Of a stretch of DNA of 64,000 nucleotides, positions 46,282 to 55,851 are shown piece after piece. Positions within the stretch are counted from its first letter, which is position 1. Each line of letters starts with the position of its first letter. A program made the translations under genes and the position numbers. The notes under the pieces were generated by a model that was not told the origin of the DNA, made no database searches, and worked only from the letters and a program-made list of their open reading frames with translations. Source of the stretch: Alphaproteobacteria bacterium (GTDB lineage Bacteria; Pseudomonadota; Alphaproteobacteria; UBA8366; Aestuariispiraceae); the NCBI GenBank assembly GCA_040217575.1, contig JAVJPW010000008.1, forward strand, positions 139,787 to 203,786, written 5' to 3'.

Positions 46282-47238
46282 ATGATCATCGACAATCTTC
46301 AATACGCCAACTGGTCGGAAACGATTTTCCGCCAGATGCGCGACGGCAATGTCACGGCCGTCCACGCGACCATCGCCTATCATGAGAATTTCCGGGAAAC
46401 CGTCGCCAATATCGAACAGTGGAACCGCTGGTTTTCGGAATTCCCCGACCTGATCCAGTTTGCCGGCAGCGCAAAAGATGTTCGCACGGCCGAAAGGGAG
46501 GGACGCACGGCAATCCTGTTCGGGTTCCAGAACTGCTCGCCCATCGAAGATGACATTGGCCTGGTTGAAATTTGCCATAGCCTGGGCGCGCGGTTCATGC
46601 AGCTCAGCTACAACAACCAGTCCCTGCTGGCCACCGGATGGCAGGAACCGGAAGACCCCGGCATTACCCGCATGGGCCGCGAGGTGATCCGCGAGATGAA
46701 CCGCGTCGGGCTGGTGATCGACATGAGCCATTCCGCCGAGCGGTCGACGCTGGAAGCGATCGATCTGTCCGACAGGCCCATCGCGATTACCCATGCAAAT
46801 CCGTCTTCCTGGCGCGATACAAAGCGGAACAAGTCCGACGATGTCTTGCGTGCACTGGGCGAAAGCGGCGGCATGATCGGGTTTTCGCTTTATCCCAACC
46901 ATCTGGCGGGGGGCACCGACTGCCCGTTGGAGGAGTTCTGTGCCATGGTGGCCCGCACGGCGGAAATGATCGGCGCGGACCGTCTGGGAATCGGGTCGGA
47001 CCTGGTGCAGGACCAACCCGACAGTGTCGTCGAATGGATGCGTGCCGGACGCTGGACCAGGTCCGCCGGGTCCGGCGCGACCTTCCCCCCCATGCCCGCC
47101 TGGTTCCGGGACAACCGCGACTTCGGCAATTTGGCAGACGGGCTGCGGGCCATCGGGTTCAGCGCGGATGAGGTCGCAGGCATCATGGGGTTGAACTGGC
47201 TGTCCTTCTATGAAAAGAGCTTCGGTCCGGCCCCGTGA
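46282..47238 (+). CDS. Membrane dipeptidase (M19)-like amidohydrolase
   Basis: IREMNRVGLVIDMSH, AITHAN, RNKSDD, LGIGSD; atypical N-terminus IDNLQY. Confidence 0.85.
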   Translation: MIIDNLQYANWSETIFRQMRDGNVTAVHATIAYHENFRETVANIEQWNRWFSEFPDLIQFAGSAKDVRTAEREGRTAILFGFQNCSPIEDDIGLVEICHSLGARFMQLSYNNQSLLATGWQEPEDPGITRMGREVIREMNRVGLVIDMSHSAERSTLEAIDLSDRPIAITHANPSSWRDTKRNKSDDVLRALGESGGMIGFSLYPNHLAGGTDCPLEEFCAMVARTAEMIGADRLGIGSDLVQDQPDSVVEWMRAGRWTRSAGSGATFPPMPAWFRDNRDFGNLADGLRAIGFSADEVAGIMGLNWLSFYEKSFGPAP

Positions 47239-48875
47239 GCGAGACCGCGCACTTTCGACGGTCCCCCGATGACGTCATGCGCCTGTCGCGCATGGGAAGC
47301 TTCCATCCAAGTCGGCTGTCCTTCATGCAGACGCTTCTGCGGCGGCTGGAGCGGGAGAAATGGTCATTTGAACGGCGCCTTTTTCAGATCGACGCTCGCG
47401 GTGTGGGAGAGGCGGTCTACACCGTCCATGGACCCGACCGCGCCTATTCCCTGATCGCCTTCGGGCACGACCTGCCGGACGAAATGCGGTCGGACCGTGT
47501 GATCGCGACGGCGTGGGATGCGACCTTTGCACTGTTCGACGGCATCCCCCAACAGTCGGATATCAGGCGCCTTTCCGCACAAGTCCCCCTTCAGGAGGCC
47601 GGCCGCATTTCGGAACGGGAACTCTGCCTTTCCCGCGCAAACCGTTCGGCACGACTGTTCAACCACGTCGTCGACAGCCTTGCCGCGGGACGGCAGCCGG
47701 ATGCCGGACAGGTGCGATCCGTCGGCTATCTGATGCGCACAACCGCGGTCTATGGGTCGGGCAAATTCGGGGCGGCAGACCGGTCGGATATCGCCGACCG
47801 CGCGGAATTGCGCGGACCTTTCCAGGCGGAAATGCTGACGGTCTGGCTGATCCGCACCTTTGTCCTGGACCTTGTTGAACATATGGCGCGCCTGAAGGGT
47901 GGGGATGCCGCCGTTTCTCTTGAACCGGGGCTGCGGCGGTCGCTTGGTATCGGAAATTCGACGGGGCTTGGCATGGCGCCGTTCCTGGTCAATCACCCGA
48001 TCCTCCTGAACAACTGGATGTTGGTGCGGGAAGAGGCGCTGGCGCGGGTGCGTGCGCAATCGGACGCGACGGACGATGCAATCCGACGGTTTCAGGACGG
48101 GCTTCACGCCGCCCGCGAAAACGCCGCGATCTGGCAGTCGGATCATCCGCTGCAGCAGCAGAAACTTTCGGACCTCAGAGGCGATCTGGATCAGATCGCC
48201 ACCCGGACTTTGGACGGACAGGATCACCCCTGGAACCGGCTTTGGGTCTGGGGACAGGAGAATTTGCATTTTGAGGGGCAGGAGGCATTGGCATCCCTCC
48301 TTATCGATGCGCACCCGGAGCTGGTCGACGGTCTGTCGGACTGCATGGATGCCGACGAAGATCGCGGTTTCCGGATTGACGGTTCGATGACCGTGGCACG
48401 GCTGATGGGCATTCTGCAGTCCAACTACCATTGGGCCCTGGATCAGGACTATGACGCCCCCCAGGGACAAGCGCGCTTCTGGTATGTATCCGAAGAAAAA
48501 CTGGAACCCCGGTTGGGGGAACGGTTCGAGGAACCGGGCGCGGACTACGAACAGCCGCTTGCCGTCGGCCGGGATGCGAAGCGACTGTATCAATCCCTTT
48601 CCGATTGGGATGGTTCGGAAACCCTTTCGGAATTTCTTCTGGCCCATCCGGAACATCGCCACATGGTGCGCCGCGCACAACGGTCTGTGCGATACCCGTT
48701 CAGTGAAATCCACGACAATCTGATTGCAGCCGACATGCTTCCCATCGACATGCTTCGCTGCAAGCTGTCCTTCTTCGGTGCGACGCGATTCGATCCGCGG
48801 TCCGACCGATGGGTTCGCATCTGCATGTATCAGGATGCGCCTTTCCCCAACGAACTGCTGGAGTCGACCACGTGA
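47235..48875 (+). CDS. Conserved hypothetical protein, 546 aa
   Basis: Overlaps neighbours by 4 bp, host-like codons; motifs YLMRTTAVYGSGKFG, GIGNSTGLGMAPFL, EEKLEPR, DPRSDRWVRI. Confidence 0.8.
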   Translation: MSETAHFRRSPDDVMRLSRMGSFHPSRLSFMQTLLRRLEREKWSFERRLFQIDARGVGEAVYTVHGPDRAYSLIAFGHDLPDEMRSDRVIATAWDATFALFDGIPQQSDIRRLSAQVPLQEAGRISERELCLSRANRSARLFNHVVDSLAAGRQPDAGQVRSVGYLMRTTAVYGSGKFGAADRSDIADRAELRGPFQAEMLTVWLIRTFVLDLVEHMARLKGGDAAVSLEPGLRRSLGIGNSTGLGMAPFLVNHPILLNNWMLVREEALARVRAQSDATDDAIRRFQDGLHAARENAAIWQSDHPLQQQKLSDLRGDLDQIATRTLDGQDHPWNRLWVWGQENLHFEGQEALASLLIDAHPELVDGLSDCMDADEDRGFRIDGSMTVARLMGILQSNYHWALDQDYDAPQGQARFWYVSEEKLEPRLGERFEEPGADYEQPLAVGRDAKRLYQSLSDWDGSETLSEFLLAHPEHRHMVRRAQRSVRYPFSEIHDNLIAADMLPIDMLRCKLSFFGATRFDPRSDRWVRICMYQDAPFPNELLESTT

Positions 48876-49573
48876 CGGACCCGACCCAGCAAGGTTTCGT
48901 CTCGCCACCGTCAAGCGGGATGATTGCTCTATCAAAAGGCGAAGCGGTAAGCCTTGCGCAGAAAGCTGCCAAGGGTGTCGGATACTCGTGGGGAGAAGCC
49001 GAAGACATCGGCGCGATCATTCGGCGGGCAGGTGGCAATCACCAATTACTTTTGACTTACCTAGCGACCTATCTTTCGAGCGTAGAATTTGTTCCTCCAC
49101 AACCGGTTTCGGTTTCCGGTGGTTGGCGATCCATCGACAATGCGCATTGCCCTCTGCGTCTTGGAGTTGCTCTTTTGGATTCGACTTGGCCGGATCCGTC
49201 AATGACCCTTTCCCTTGGAAACATTCGGTATCCAGTCCTGTTTTTTGAGTTTCTTCCGCCTTTATTGGCTCAGACGAAGCAAATCGCGAAGTTCCATTGC
49301 CGCAGCTACACCGTTGCCTTCTCGGAAGACGGCACTGCAAGTTACCGCAGCGCCGGGGAATGGAAGGACGTAGCGGAAGACACGCGCTTAACGTTTGAAA
49401 CACGAGACGATGCTTACAAGTTTCGCCCGCTGGATACCTCGCAATTCGAAAGAGTTGCTGTGCAACGTGAAATCGTGGAAGCGCTACAAGCTTTAGCACA
49501 TCGCACCTATGCGCCGGAAACCGAAGCATCCCGCGCCCGCGGCGCGGGGTCGGGTCAACCGGATACGGACTGA
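48872..49573 (+). CDS. DUF3726-like protein
   Basis: LAQKAAKGVGYSWGEAED N-terminal motif, CPLRLG, C-terminal LAHRTYAPETEASRARGAG; start GTG 48872 or ATG 48920. Confidence 0.7.
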   Translation: MTDPTQQGFVSPPSSGMIALSKGEAVSLAQKAAKGVGYSWGEAEDIGAIIRRAGGNHQLLLTYLATYLSSVEFVPPQPVSVSGGWRSIDNAHCPLRLGVALLDSTWPDPSMTLSLGNIRYPVLFFEFLPPLLAQTKQIAKFHCRSYTVAFSEDGTASYRSAGEWKDVAEDTRLTFETRDDAYKFRPLDTSQFERVAVQREIVEALQALAHRTYAPETEASRARGAGSGQPDTD

Positions 49574-49639
49574 CCCCCACAAAAAGGAAAACCCTGATTT
49601 CTTTCCAACCCGCGCCCTTTCGCGGGTGGAAGATCGTGC

Positions 49640-49668
49640 TTGATTCAAAAAAATAACAAGATTATACA
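49640..49668 (+). promoter_or_regulatory. Sigma70-type promoter TTGATT-N17-TATACA of the GntR-led operon
   Basis: Near-consensus hexamers with 17-bp spacer, AGGAG RBS and ATG 49707 downstream. Confidence 0.65.
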
Positions 49669-49706
49669 TTTTGCACACAATACGCATTCAAGGAGCGATT
49701 GCGCCG

Positions 49707-50408
49707 ATGAACAAGAAGGATCAATGCCTGACGGAACTGCGCCGCCGCATCCTGACGCTGGCGCTGTCGCCCGGCGAAGTGTTGGACGAGGTGACGCTGG
49801 CGGAAGCGTTCGGCCTGTCCCGCACGCCGATGCGTGAAATCCTGCAGCGGCTGTCCGGCGAAGGCTATGTGACCCTGGAAAAGAACCGCAGCGCCCAGGT
49901 TTCCCCCATGGACTTCCGCACCATGCATGACTTCTTTCAAACCGCGCCGATGATCTATGCGGCGACGTCACGGCTGGCGGCGGAAAACGCCACCCCGTCC
50001 AGCATCGCCGTTCTGAAAGACACGCAGGCCAAGTTCCGCGCCGCCCACGATGCGGGTGAAGCCGGCGACATGGTGATGTTCAATCACGTATTTCATGAAC
50101 AGATCGGCGCGATGGCGGCGAACCCCTACCTGACGCCCAGCCTGCACCGGCTGCTGATCGATCATACCCGGATGAGCCAGACCTTCTATCGCCCGCGGTC
50201 CAGCAAGGAAAAGACACGCATCGACACGGCCAACCATCAGCATGACGAACTGATCGACGCGATTGCCACACACGAACCCGCCCGCGCGGTCCAGATCACG
50301 CTGGAACATTGGGAACTGTCCCGCAATCAGATCGAACTTTATGTCCGACCGGACCCGCTGCCGGTCGACCCCAGCGCCTATGAAGGGGGTAAGTCCAATG
50401 CGCTTTGA
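49707..50408 (+). CDS. GntR-family (FCD) regulator
   Basis: LSPGEVLDEVTLAEAFGLSRTPMREIL HTH; FNHVFH, HQHDELIDAI. Confidence 0.9.
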   Translation: MNKKDQCLTELRRRILTLALSPGEVLDEVTLAEAFGLSRTPMREILQRLSGEGYVTLEKNRSAQVSPMDFRTMHDFFQTAPMIYAATSRLAAENATPSSIAVLKDTQAKFRAAHDAGEAGDMVMFNHVFHEQIGAMAANPYLTPSLHRLLIDHTRMSQTFYRPRSSKEKTRIDTANHQHDELIDAIATHEPARAVQITLEHWELSRNQIELYVRPDPLPVDPSAYEGGKSNAL

Positions 50409-51303
50409 AGGCATATACACGCCTGTCGCAACGCCGTGCCGGGACGATTTTTCGATCGACAAGGACCGCTTTGCAGAGGTGATCGAATTCCTGATCGCTT
50501 CCGGCGTCCATGGCCTTATCATTGCCGGGTCGACCGGGGAATATTACGCCCACACGCCGGAAGAGCGCATCGACCTGATGGGTTTCGCCAAGGACGTAAT
50601 CGGGGGCCGGCTGCCGCTCATCGTCGGGACCGGCGCGATCCGTACGGAAGATTCCATCGAATTCGCGAAGGCCGCAAAGGCGATTGGCGCGGACGCCCTC
50701 CTGGTTGCGACGCCACCCTATGCCTATCCGACCGGACGCGAAATCGCCCTGCATGCGCTTGCCATCGACCGAGCGGCGAACCTGCCGGTCATGCTTTACA
50801 ACTATCCCGGCCGGATGAGCGTCAACATGGACGAAGAAACGTTGGACCGTGTCGGCCGCAGCCCGAATTTCTGTGCGATCAAGGAAAGTTCCGGCGACGT
50901 GAACCGGCTGCATATGCTGGCACGGGATTATCCGCATATCGCGCTGTCCTGCGGCATGGACGATCAAGCGCTTGAATTCTTCGCCTGGGGTGCGCGGTCC
51001 TGGGTCTGTGCCGGGTCGAATTTCGCGCCGGAGGCGCATATCGCCCTCTATCGGGCTTGCGCCGTCGAAGGGAATTTCGACAAGGGCCGGCGCATCATGA
51101 TGGCAATGCTGCCACTGATGAGCATCCTGGAACAAAGCGGCAAGTTCGTCCAATGCGTCAAATTCGGCCTTAGCCTGCGCGGGATCGACGCCGGGCCGCC
51201 GCGCCTGCCACTGCGGCCGCTGAACAAGGATGACAAGCGCGCCGTGACCGAAGTGGTCCGTACCATGAACACCGCCATCGCGGCGATCGAGAAGGAAGGC
51301 TGA
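50398..51303 (+). CDS. Dihydrodipicolinate synthase / N-acetylneuraminate lyase family protein
   Basis: AGSTGEY, MLYNYP, Schiff-base Lys in AIKESSG. Confidence 0.9.
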   Translation: MRFEGIYTPVATPCRDDFSIDKDRFAEVIEFLIASGVHGLIIAGSTGEYYAHTPEERIDLMGFAKDVIGGRLPLIVGTGAIRTEDSIEFAKAAKAIGADALLVATPPYAYPTGREIALHALAIDRAANLPVMLYNYPGRMSVNMDEETLDRVGRSPNFCAIKESSGDVNRLHMLARDYPHIALSCGMDDQALEFFAWGARSWVCAGSNFAPEAHIALYRACAVEGNFDKGRRIMMAMLPLMSILEQSGKFVQCVKFGLSLRGIDAGPPRLPLRPLNKDDKRAVTEVVRTMNTAIAAIEKEG

Positions 51304-51304
51304 G

Positions 51305-52813
51305 ATGAGTGATCTTCTGACCCGTGAGGAATACGCCGCAATCGCCGCGGAAATCGATTATCCCAGGGCGGCTTTCATCGATGGAAAATACCGCAAGGGC
51401 AGCGGTGGGAAGCTGACCACCGTAAACCCGGCAACCGGTAAAACCATTGTCGAAATCGCCGCCTGCGATGCGAAAGACGTCGACTTCGCGGTCAAAAAAG
51501 CGCGCGAAGCCTTCGAACAGGGACACTGGTCGAAACGCCACCCCGCAGAACGCAAGGATATCCTGATCCGGCTGTGCAAACTGATCACGCGAAATCGCCG
51601 CGAACTGGCGGTCATGGAAAGCGTCGACAGTGGAAAGCCGATCCGCGACTGCGAGACGATCGATATTCCGGAGACAATCCATTGCATCAAATGGCACGCC
51701 GAAGCGGTCGACAAGATCTATGACCAGACGGGCCCCAGCGGCGATGACGCGATTTCCATGATCGTGCGGGAACCTGTCGGCGTTGTCGCCGCGGTCCTGC
51801 CGTGGAATTTCCCGCTTCTGATGCTGGCATGGAAAATCGGTCCGGCTTTGGCCGCCGGTAATTCCGTCATCGTCAAGCCGGCGGAACAGACGTCGCTGAC
51901 GGCGCTGCGCGTTGCCGAACTGGCGCATGAAGCGGGTATCCCCCGCGGCGTATTACAGGTTCTGCCGGGCGACGGGCCGTCCGTCGGGGAACCGCTGGGT
52001 CTGCATCCGGACGTGGACATGGTCAGTTTCACGGGATCCACCGAAACCGGGCGCCGCTTCCTGCGTTATGCCGCCGACAGCAATCTTAAGCGTGTCGTTC
52101 TGGAATGCGGCGGCAAGAACCCGGCCATCGTCCTGGACGACGCGGAAGACCTGGACCTGGTCGCGGGCCATGTGGTCAACGCCGCGTTCTGGAATATGGG
52201 TGAAAACTGTTCCGCCAATTCACGCCTGATTGTCCACCGGGCGGTGAAGGACGACCTGATGAAACGAATCGTTGCACGCGCACGGGACTGGAAAACCGGC
52301 GACCCGTTGGACCCGGCAAACCATCTGGGCGCGCTGGTCGATGCGGATCATTGCAAGAAGGTCGCATCCTATCTGAAGACCGGAAAGAAGGGACCGGAAG
52401 CGTTGATCGGCGGCAAGGCCAAAGGCGCCTTTGTAGAGCCGACCATCTTCGACGGGGTCAAACCCGGCGACAAGCTGGCACGCGAAGAAATCTTCGGTCC
52501 CGTTCTGTCGGTGATCACGGTGTCGTCCATGGAAGAAGCGATCGAGGTCGCGAACGACACCGACTACGGTCTGGCCGCGTCCGTCTTTACCGCGAATGCA
52601 AAACGCGCGATCCGTGCTGCACGCGCCATCCGTGCCGGAACTGTCACCGTCAACTGCTATGGGGAAGGCGATATCTCTACCCCGTTCGGCGGCTATAAGC
52701 AGTCCGGCTTCGGTGGACGGGACAACGGTCTTCACGCCCATGATCAATACACGGAAGTGAAGACTATCTGGATCGACCTCAGCGATTCAGCGCCGGGGGA
52801 GAGCGTGGAATGA
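51305..52813 (+). CDS. NAD-dependent aldehyde dehydrogenase (PuuC-like)
   Basis: LPWNFP, FTGSTETG, LECGGKNP, NMGENCSA, EEIFGPV, PFGGYKQSG. Confidence 0.93.
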   Translation: MSDLLTREEYAAIAAEIDYPRAAFIDGKYRKGSGGKLTTVNPATGKTIVEIAACDAKDVDFAVKKAREAFEQGHWSKRHPAERKDILIRLCKLITRNRRELAVMESVDSGKPIRDCETIDIPETIHCIKWHAEAVDKIYDQTGPSGDDAISMIVREPVGVVAAVLPWNFPLLMLAWKIGPALAAGNSVIVKPAEQTSLTALRVAELAHEAGIPRGVLQVLPGDGPSVGEPLGLHPDVDMVSFTGSTETGRRFLRYAADSNLKRVVLECGGKNPAIVLDDAEDLDLVAGHVVNAAFWNMGENCSANSRLIVHRAVKDDLMKRIVARARDWKTGDPLDPANHLGALVDADHCKKVASYLKTGKKGPEALIGGKAKGAFVEPTIFDGVKPGDKLAREEIFGPVLSVITVSSMEEAIEVANDTDYGLAASVFTANAKRAIRAARAIRAGTVTVNCYGEGDISTPFGGYKQSGFGGRDNGLHAHDQYTEVKTIWIDLSDSAPGESVE

Positions 52814-54378
52814 ACGCCGTCGCGGAAACCGAACCCCGCGCAGCGCGGCGCGGCGGGCGGCTGGCACGGCGGGAATTGCGGACCGACCGGGCCAGCAGTT
52901 CCAGGATGCTGCCCGCCCTGAAGCGGAACCTGCCCCTGGTCGAACCGATGGACCAGGAACAGGTGGAACGGATCGACAATGCGTCCATGGCGATCCTGGA
53001 AGATGTCGGCGTCGTCTTCCGCGACGACCAGGCGCTGGCGGACTGGCGCGGCGCAGGGGCAAAGGTGGTTGGCGACCGTGTCTATCTGGACCGGCATATG
53101 GTGCGGGATCTGATTTCGACGATCCCCGAAACCTTCACGCTTCACGCGCGCAATCCGGCAAACAGTGTGCCCTTGGGCGGGCCGCATTCGATTTTCGTGC
53201 CCATGACAGGTGCACCCTATCTGCGCGACCTGGACGATGTGCGGCGATACCCGACACTGGACGACCTGGCCATGTTCCACAAACTGGCGCACGTATCCCC
53301 CGCACTGCATTCATCCGCCCATCATATCGTGGAACCGATGGATCACGTGATATCGCACCGGCATCTGCGCATCACCTATTCATCCATGAAGTATTCGGAC
53401 AAGATCTTCATGGGCATGACGACGTCGCCGAAGAATGCCGAAGATGTCCTGGACATGTGCGCGATCCTTTTCGGGGACGAGTATCTGGAAACCCATCCGG
53501 TCGTCGTCGGCAACTGCAACGGCAACTCGCCGCTGGTCTGGGACGAAGTGATGTTGGGTGCCATGCGCGCCTTCAACAAACGGAACCAGCCGGTTCTTTG
53601 CTCACCTTTTGTATTGGGCGGTGCAAACACACCGGCATCGACCGCGCCGGCCGTTGCGCAACTGAATGCGGAGGCGCTATCGGCACTGGCCTATACCCAG
53701 GTGGTGCGCAAGGGCTGCCCAGCGATCTACGGCCATTACCTGTCGACCGTGTCGATGCAGTCGGGTGCACCGATGGCCGGCACACCGGAAATCAGCCTGA
53801 TGAATTTCATGATCGGCCAGATGGCGCGGTACTATCGCGTGCCGTGGCGCACGTCGAACACGCTGGGCGGCGCAAAGACATTCGACGCACAGGCCGGATA
53901 CGAAAGCGCCTGGACCCTGAATGCCGTCCTCATGGCCGGGGCAAACTACATCTGGCATTCCGCCGGCTGGAACGAAGCAGGCATGCATTGTTCCGTCGCC
54001 AAATTTATCGTCGATGCGGAACAGTGCGCCATGGGTCACCGGATGGCGAGCGGCATAAACTGGGACGATTTCGACGAAGCATTGACCGCCGTGCGCGATG
54101 TCGGGCCGGGCGGCCATTATCTGGGCCACCCGCACACACAGGCGAATTTCCAGCGCGCTTTCTTCATGCCGAAATTGTTCGACAATAATTCCATCGAACA
54201 ATGGATCGCCGAAGGCAGCGTCGAAATCACCGCCCGGGCGCTGAAGGAAGCCCGTGCCATGCTGGACGCCTATGAGGAACCCAGGCTGGACGAAGCGAAG
54301 AATGAGGAACTCCTGGACTATATCGCGCGCCGCGAACGGGAAATTCCCGCCGTGGACGCCCTGAACAACGAGCATTGA
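52810..54378 (+). CDS. Trimethylamine-methyltransferase (MttB/COG5598) superfamily protein, non-pyrrolysine
   Basis: GVVFRDD..L...GA.V...RV, PETFTLHARNP, NGNSPLVWD, AVAQLNAE, KTFDAQAGYE, GGHYLGHPHT; no internal TAG. Confidence 0.88.
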   Translation: MNAVAETEPRAARRGGRLARRELRTDRASSSRMLPALKRNLPLVEPMDQEQVERIDNASMAILEDVGVVFRDDQALADWRGAGAKVVGDRVYLDRHMVRDLISTIPETFTLHARNPANSVPLGGPHSIFVPMTGAPYLRDLDDVRRYPTLDDLAMFHKLAHVSPALHSSAHHIVEPMDHVISHRHLRITYSSMKYSDKIFMGMTTSPKNAEDVLDMCAILFGDEYLETHPVVVGNCNGNSPLVWDEVMLGAMRAFNKRNQPVLCSPFVLGGANTPASTAPAVAQLNAEALSALAYTQVVRKGCPAIYGHYLSTVSMQSGAPMAGTPEISLMNFMIGQMARYYRVPWRTSNTLGGAKTFDAQAGYESAWTLNAVLMAGANYIWHSAGWNEAGMHCSVAKFIVDAEQCAMGHRMASGINWDDFDEALTAVRDVGPGGHYLGHPHTQANFQRAFFMPKLFDNNSIEQWIAEGSVEITARALKEARAMLDAYEEPRLDEAKNEELLDYIARREREIPAVDALNNEH

Positions 54379-54382
54379 TCCG

Positions 54383-55120
54383 ATGCCCAATCTGACCGGA
54401 AAGAAAGTCCTGATCACCGGTGCCGCGGGCGGCATGGGAAAGGCTATGGTGCGGCGTTTCCAGGCGGCAGGCGCACTGGTCTGCGGCACGGACATTCAAA
54501 CCGACGGGATCGAAGGTGCGGAGGCGGTGATTGCCGGGTCGTTGACCGACAAACCCTTTGCGGACAGCCTGCCGGAAACCGCGCAGGCCGCACTGGGCGG
54601 GCTGGATATTGTCGTCAACAACGCAGGACTGATGCGCCGTGGCGTCATAACCGATGCGACGGACGAAGATTTCGAACTGTCCTATGCCGTCAATGTCGAA
54701 GCACCGTTTCGCATCTGCCGGGCGGCCATCCCCATCCTTAACGCGGCGGGCGGGGGTGCCATCGTTAATGTGGCGTCCTGCTGGGGTGTGCATCCGGGTC
54801 CGGGCCATCCAATCTATATCTCTACAAAGGCGGCGCTGGCATCGCTGACGCAATGCCTTGGGCGGGATCATGCCCACCAGGGCATTCGCGTGAACGCCGT
54901 CTGTCCGAACGAAGTCGATACGCCGATGCTGCGGACCGGGTTCCAAATTCGCGGACTGGACCCCGAAAACGGTATCGCGGAACTGGACCGGTCGGTGCCG
55001 CTGGGTCGCATCGCCCAACCCGAAGACATTGCCGACGTCGCTGTCTTTCTTGCATCCGACGACGCGCGATACATGTGCGGTGCACTGGTCGAAGTCAGCG
55101 GCGGAAAGGCCGTCGCATGA
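54383..55120 (+). CDS. Short-chain dehydrogenase/reductase
   Basis: TGAAGGMG, NNAG, YISTKAA, RVNAVCP. Confidence 0.92.
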   Translation: MPNLTGKKVLITGAAGGMGKAMVRRFQAAGALVCGTDIQTDGIEGAEAVIAGSLTDKPFADSLPETAQAALGGLDIVVNNAGLMRRGVITDATDEDFELSYAVNVEAPFRICRAAIPILNAAGGGAIVNVASCWGVHPGPGHPIYISTKAALASLTQCLGRDHAHQGIRVNAVCPNEVDTPMLRTGFQIRGLDPENGIAELDRSVPLGRIAQPEDIADVAVFLASDDARYMCGALVEVSGGKAVA

Positions 55121-55851
55121 ACCGCCTGGACGGGAAAATCGCCCTTGTCACCGGCGGCCGGTCAGGGATCGGTCTTGCCTGTGCGACGGCGTTCGAAGCG
55201 GCCGGCGCGCGCGTGTTCACGGCCCAACGCGGCGACGGGCCCGTCGGACGGACAATCCATGCGGACCTGTCCGACCCCAACGCGCCACGCGTGATTGTCG
55301 ACCGCATCCTCACAGAAGGCGGTGGGATCAATATCCTGGTCAACAATGCCGGCGTAATGGAAGAAGGCACGGTTGAGGAGATGGACCCTGAAGCCTGGTC
55401 ACGGACCATCGCCGTCAACCTGACTGCGCCCTACCTTCTGATGCGCGCGGCGATGCCGGCCCTGCGAAAGTCAAAAGGCGCAATCGTCAACATCGGGTCG
55501 ATCGAAGGGCTGGGAAGCAATCCGCGTCACCCCGCCTATTGCGCGTCCAAGGCGGGCCTGCACGGGCTGACCCGCGCGGTCGCCATCGACCACGGACCGG
55601 ACGGCGTTCGTTGCAACGCGGTCGCGCCTGGATGGATTGACACAGATCTTAATACCGCATTTGCGGAAAATATGCCGGACCCGACCGCATTTCGCGCCGG
55701 CCTGTCCAAAATCCATCCGGTCGGCCGAACAGGCACGCCGGAAGACGTCGCAGCGCTGGTCGTCTGGCTGTCTTCCGACGCGGCGGCCTTTGTCACCGGT
55801 CAGGTCTGGACCGTGGACGGCGGGCGCATGTCGAAACTGAGCCTGCCATGA
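55117..55851 (+). CDS. Short-chain dehydrogenase/reductase
   Basis: TGGRSGIG, NNAG, YCASKAG, RCNAVAPG; ATGA overlap with upstream SDR. Confidence 0.92.
   Translation: MNRLDGKIALVTGGRSGIGLACATAFEAAGARVFTAQRGDGPVGRTIHADLSDPNAPRVIVDRILTEGGGINILVNNAGVMEEGTVEEMDPEAWSRTIAVNLTAPYLLMRAAMPALRKSKGAIVNIGSIEGLGSNPRHPAYCASKAGLHGLTRAVAIDHGPDGVRCNAVAPGWIDTDLNTAFAENMPDPTAFRAGLSKIHPVGRTGTPEDVAALVVWLSSDAAAFVTGQVWTVDGGRMSKLSLP

Noticed and set aside
52810-54378. Pyrrolysine in the MttB homolog
   Set aside because: ORF is uninterrupted with no in-frame TAG, and no pyl genes are in the window
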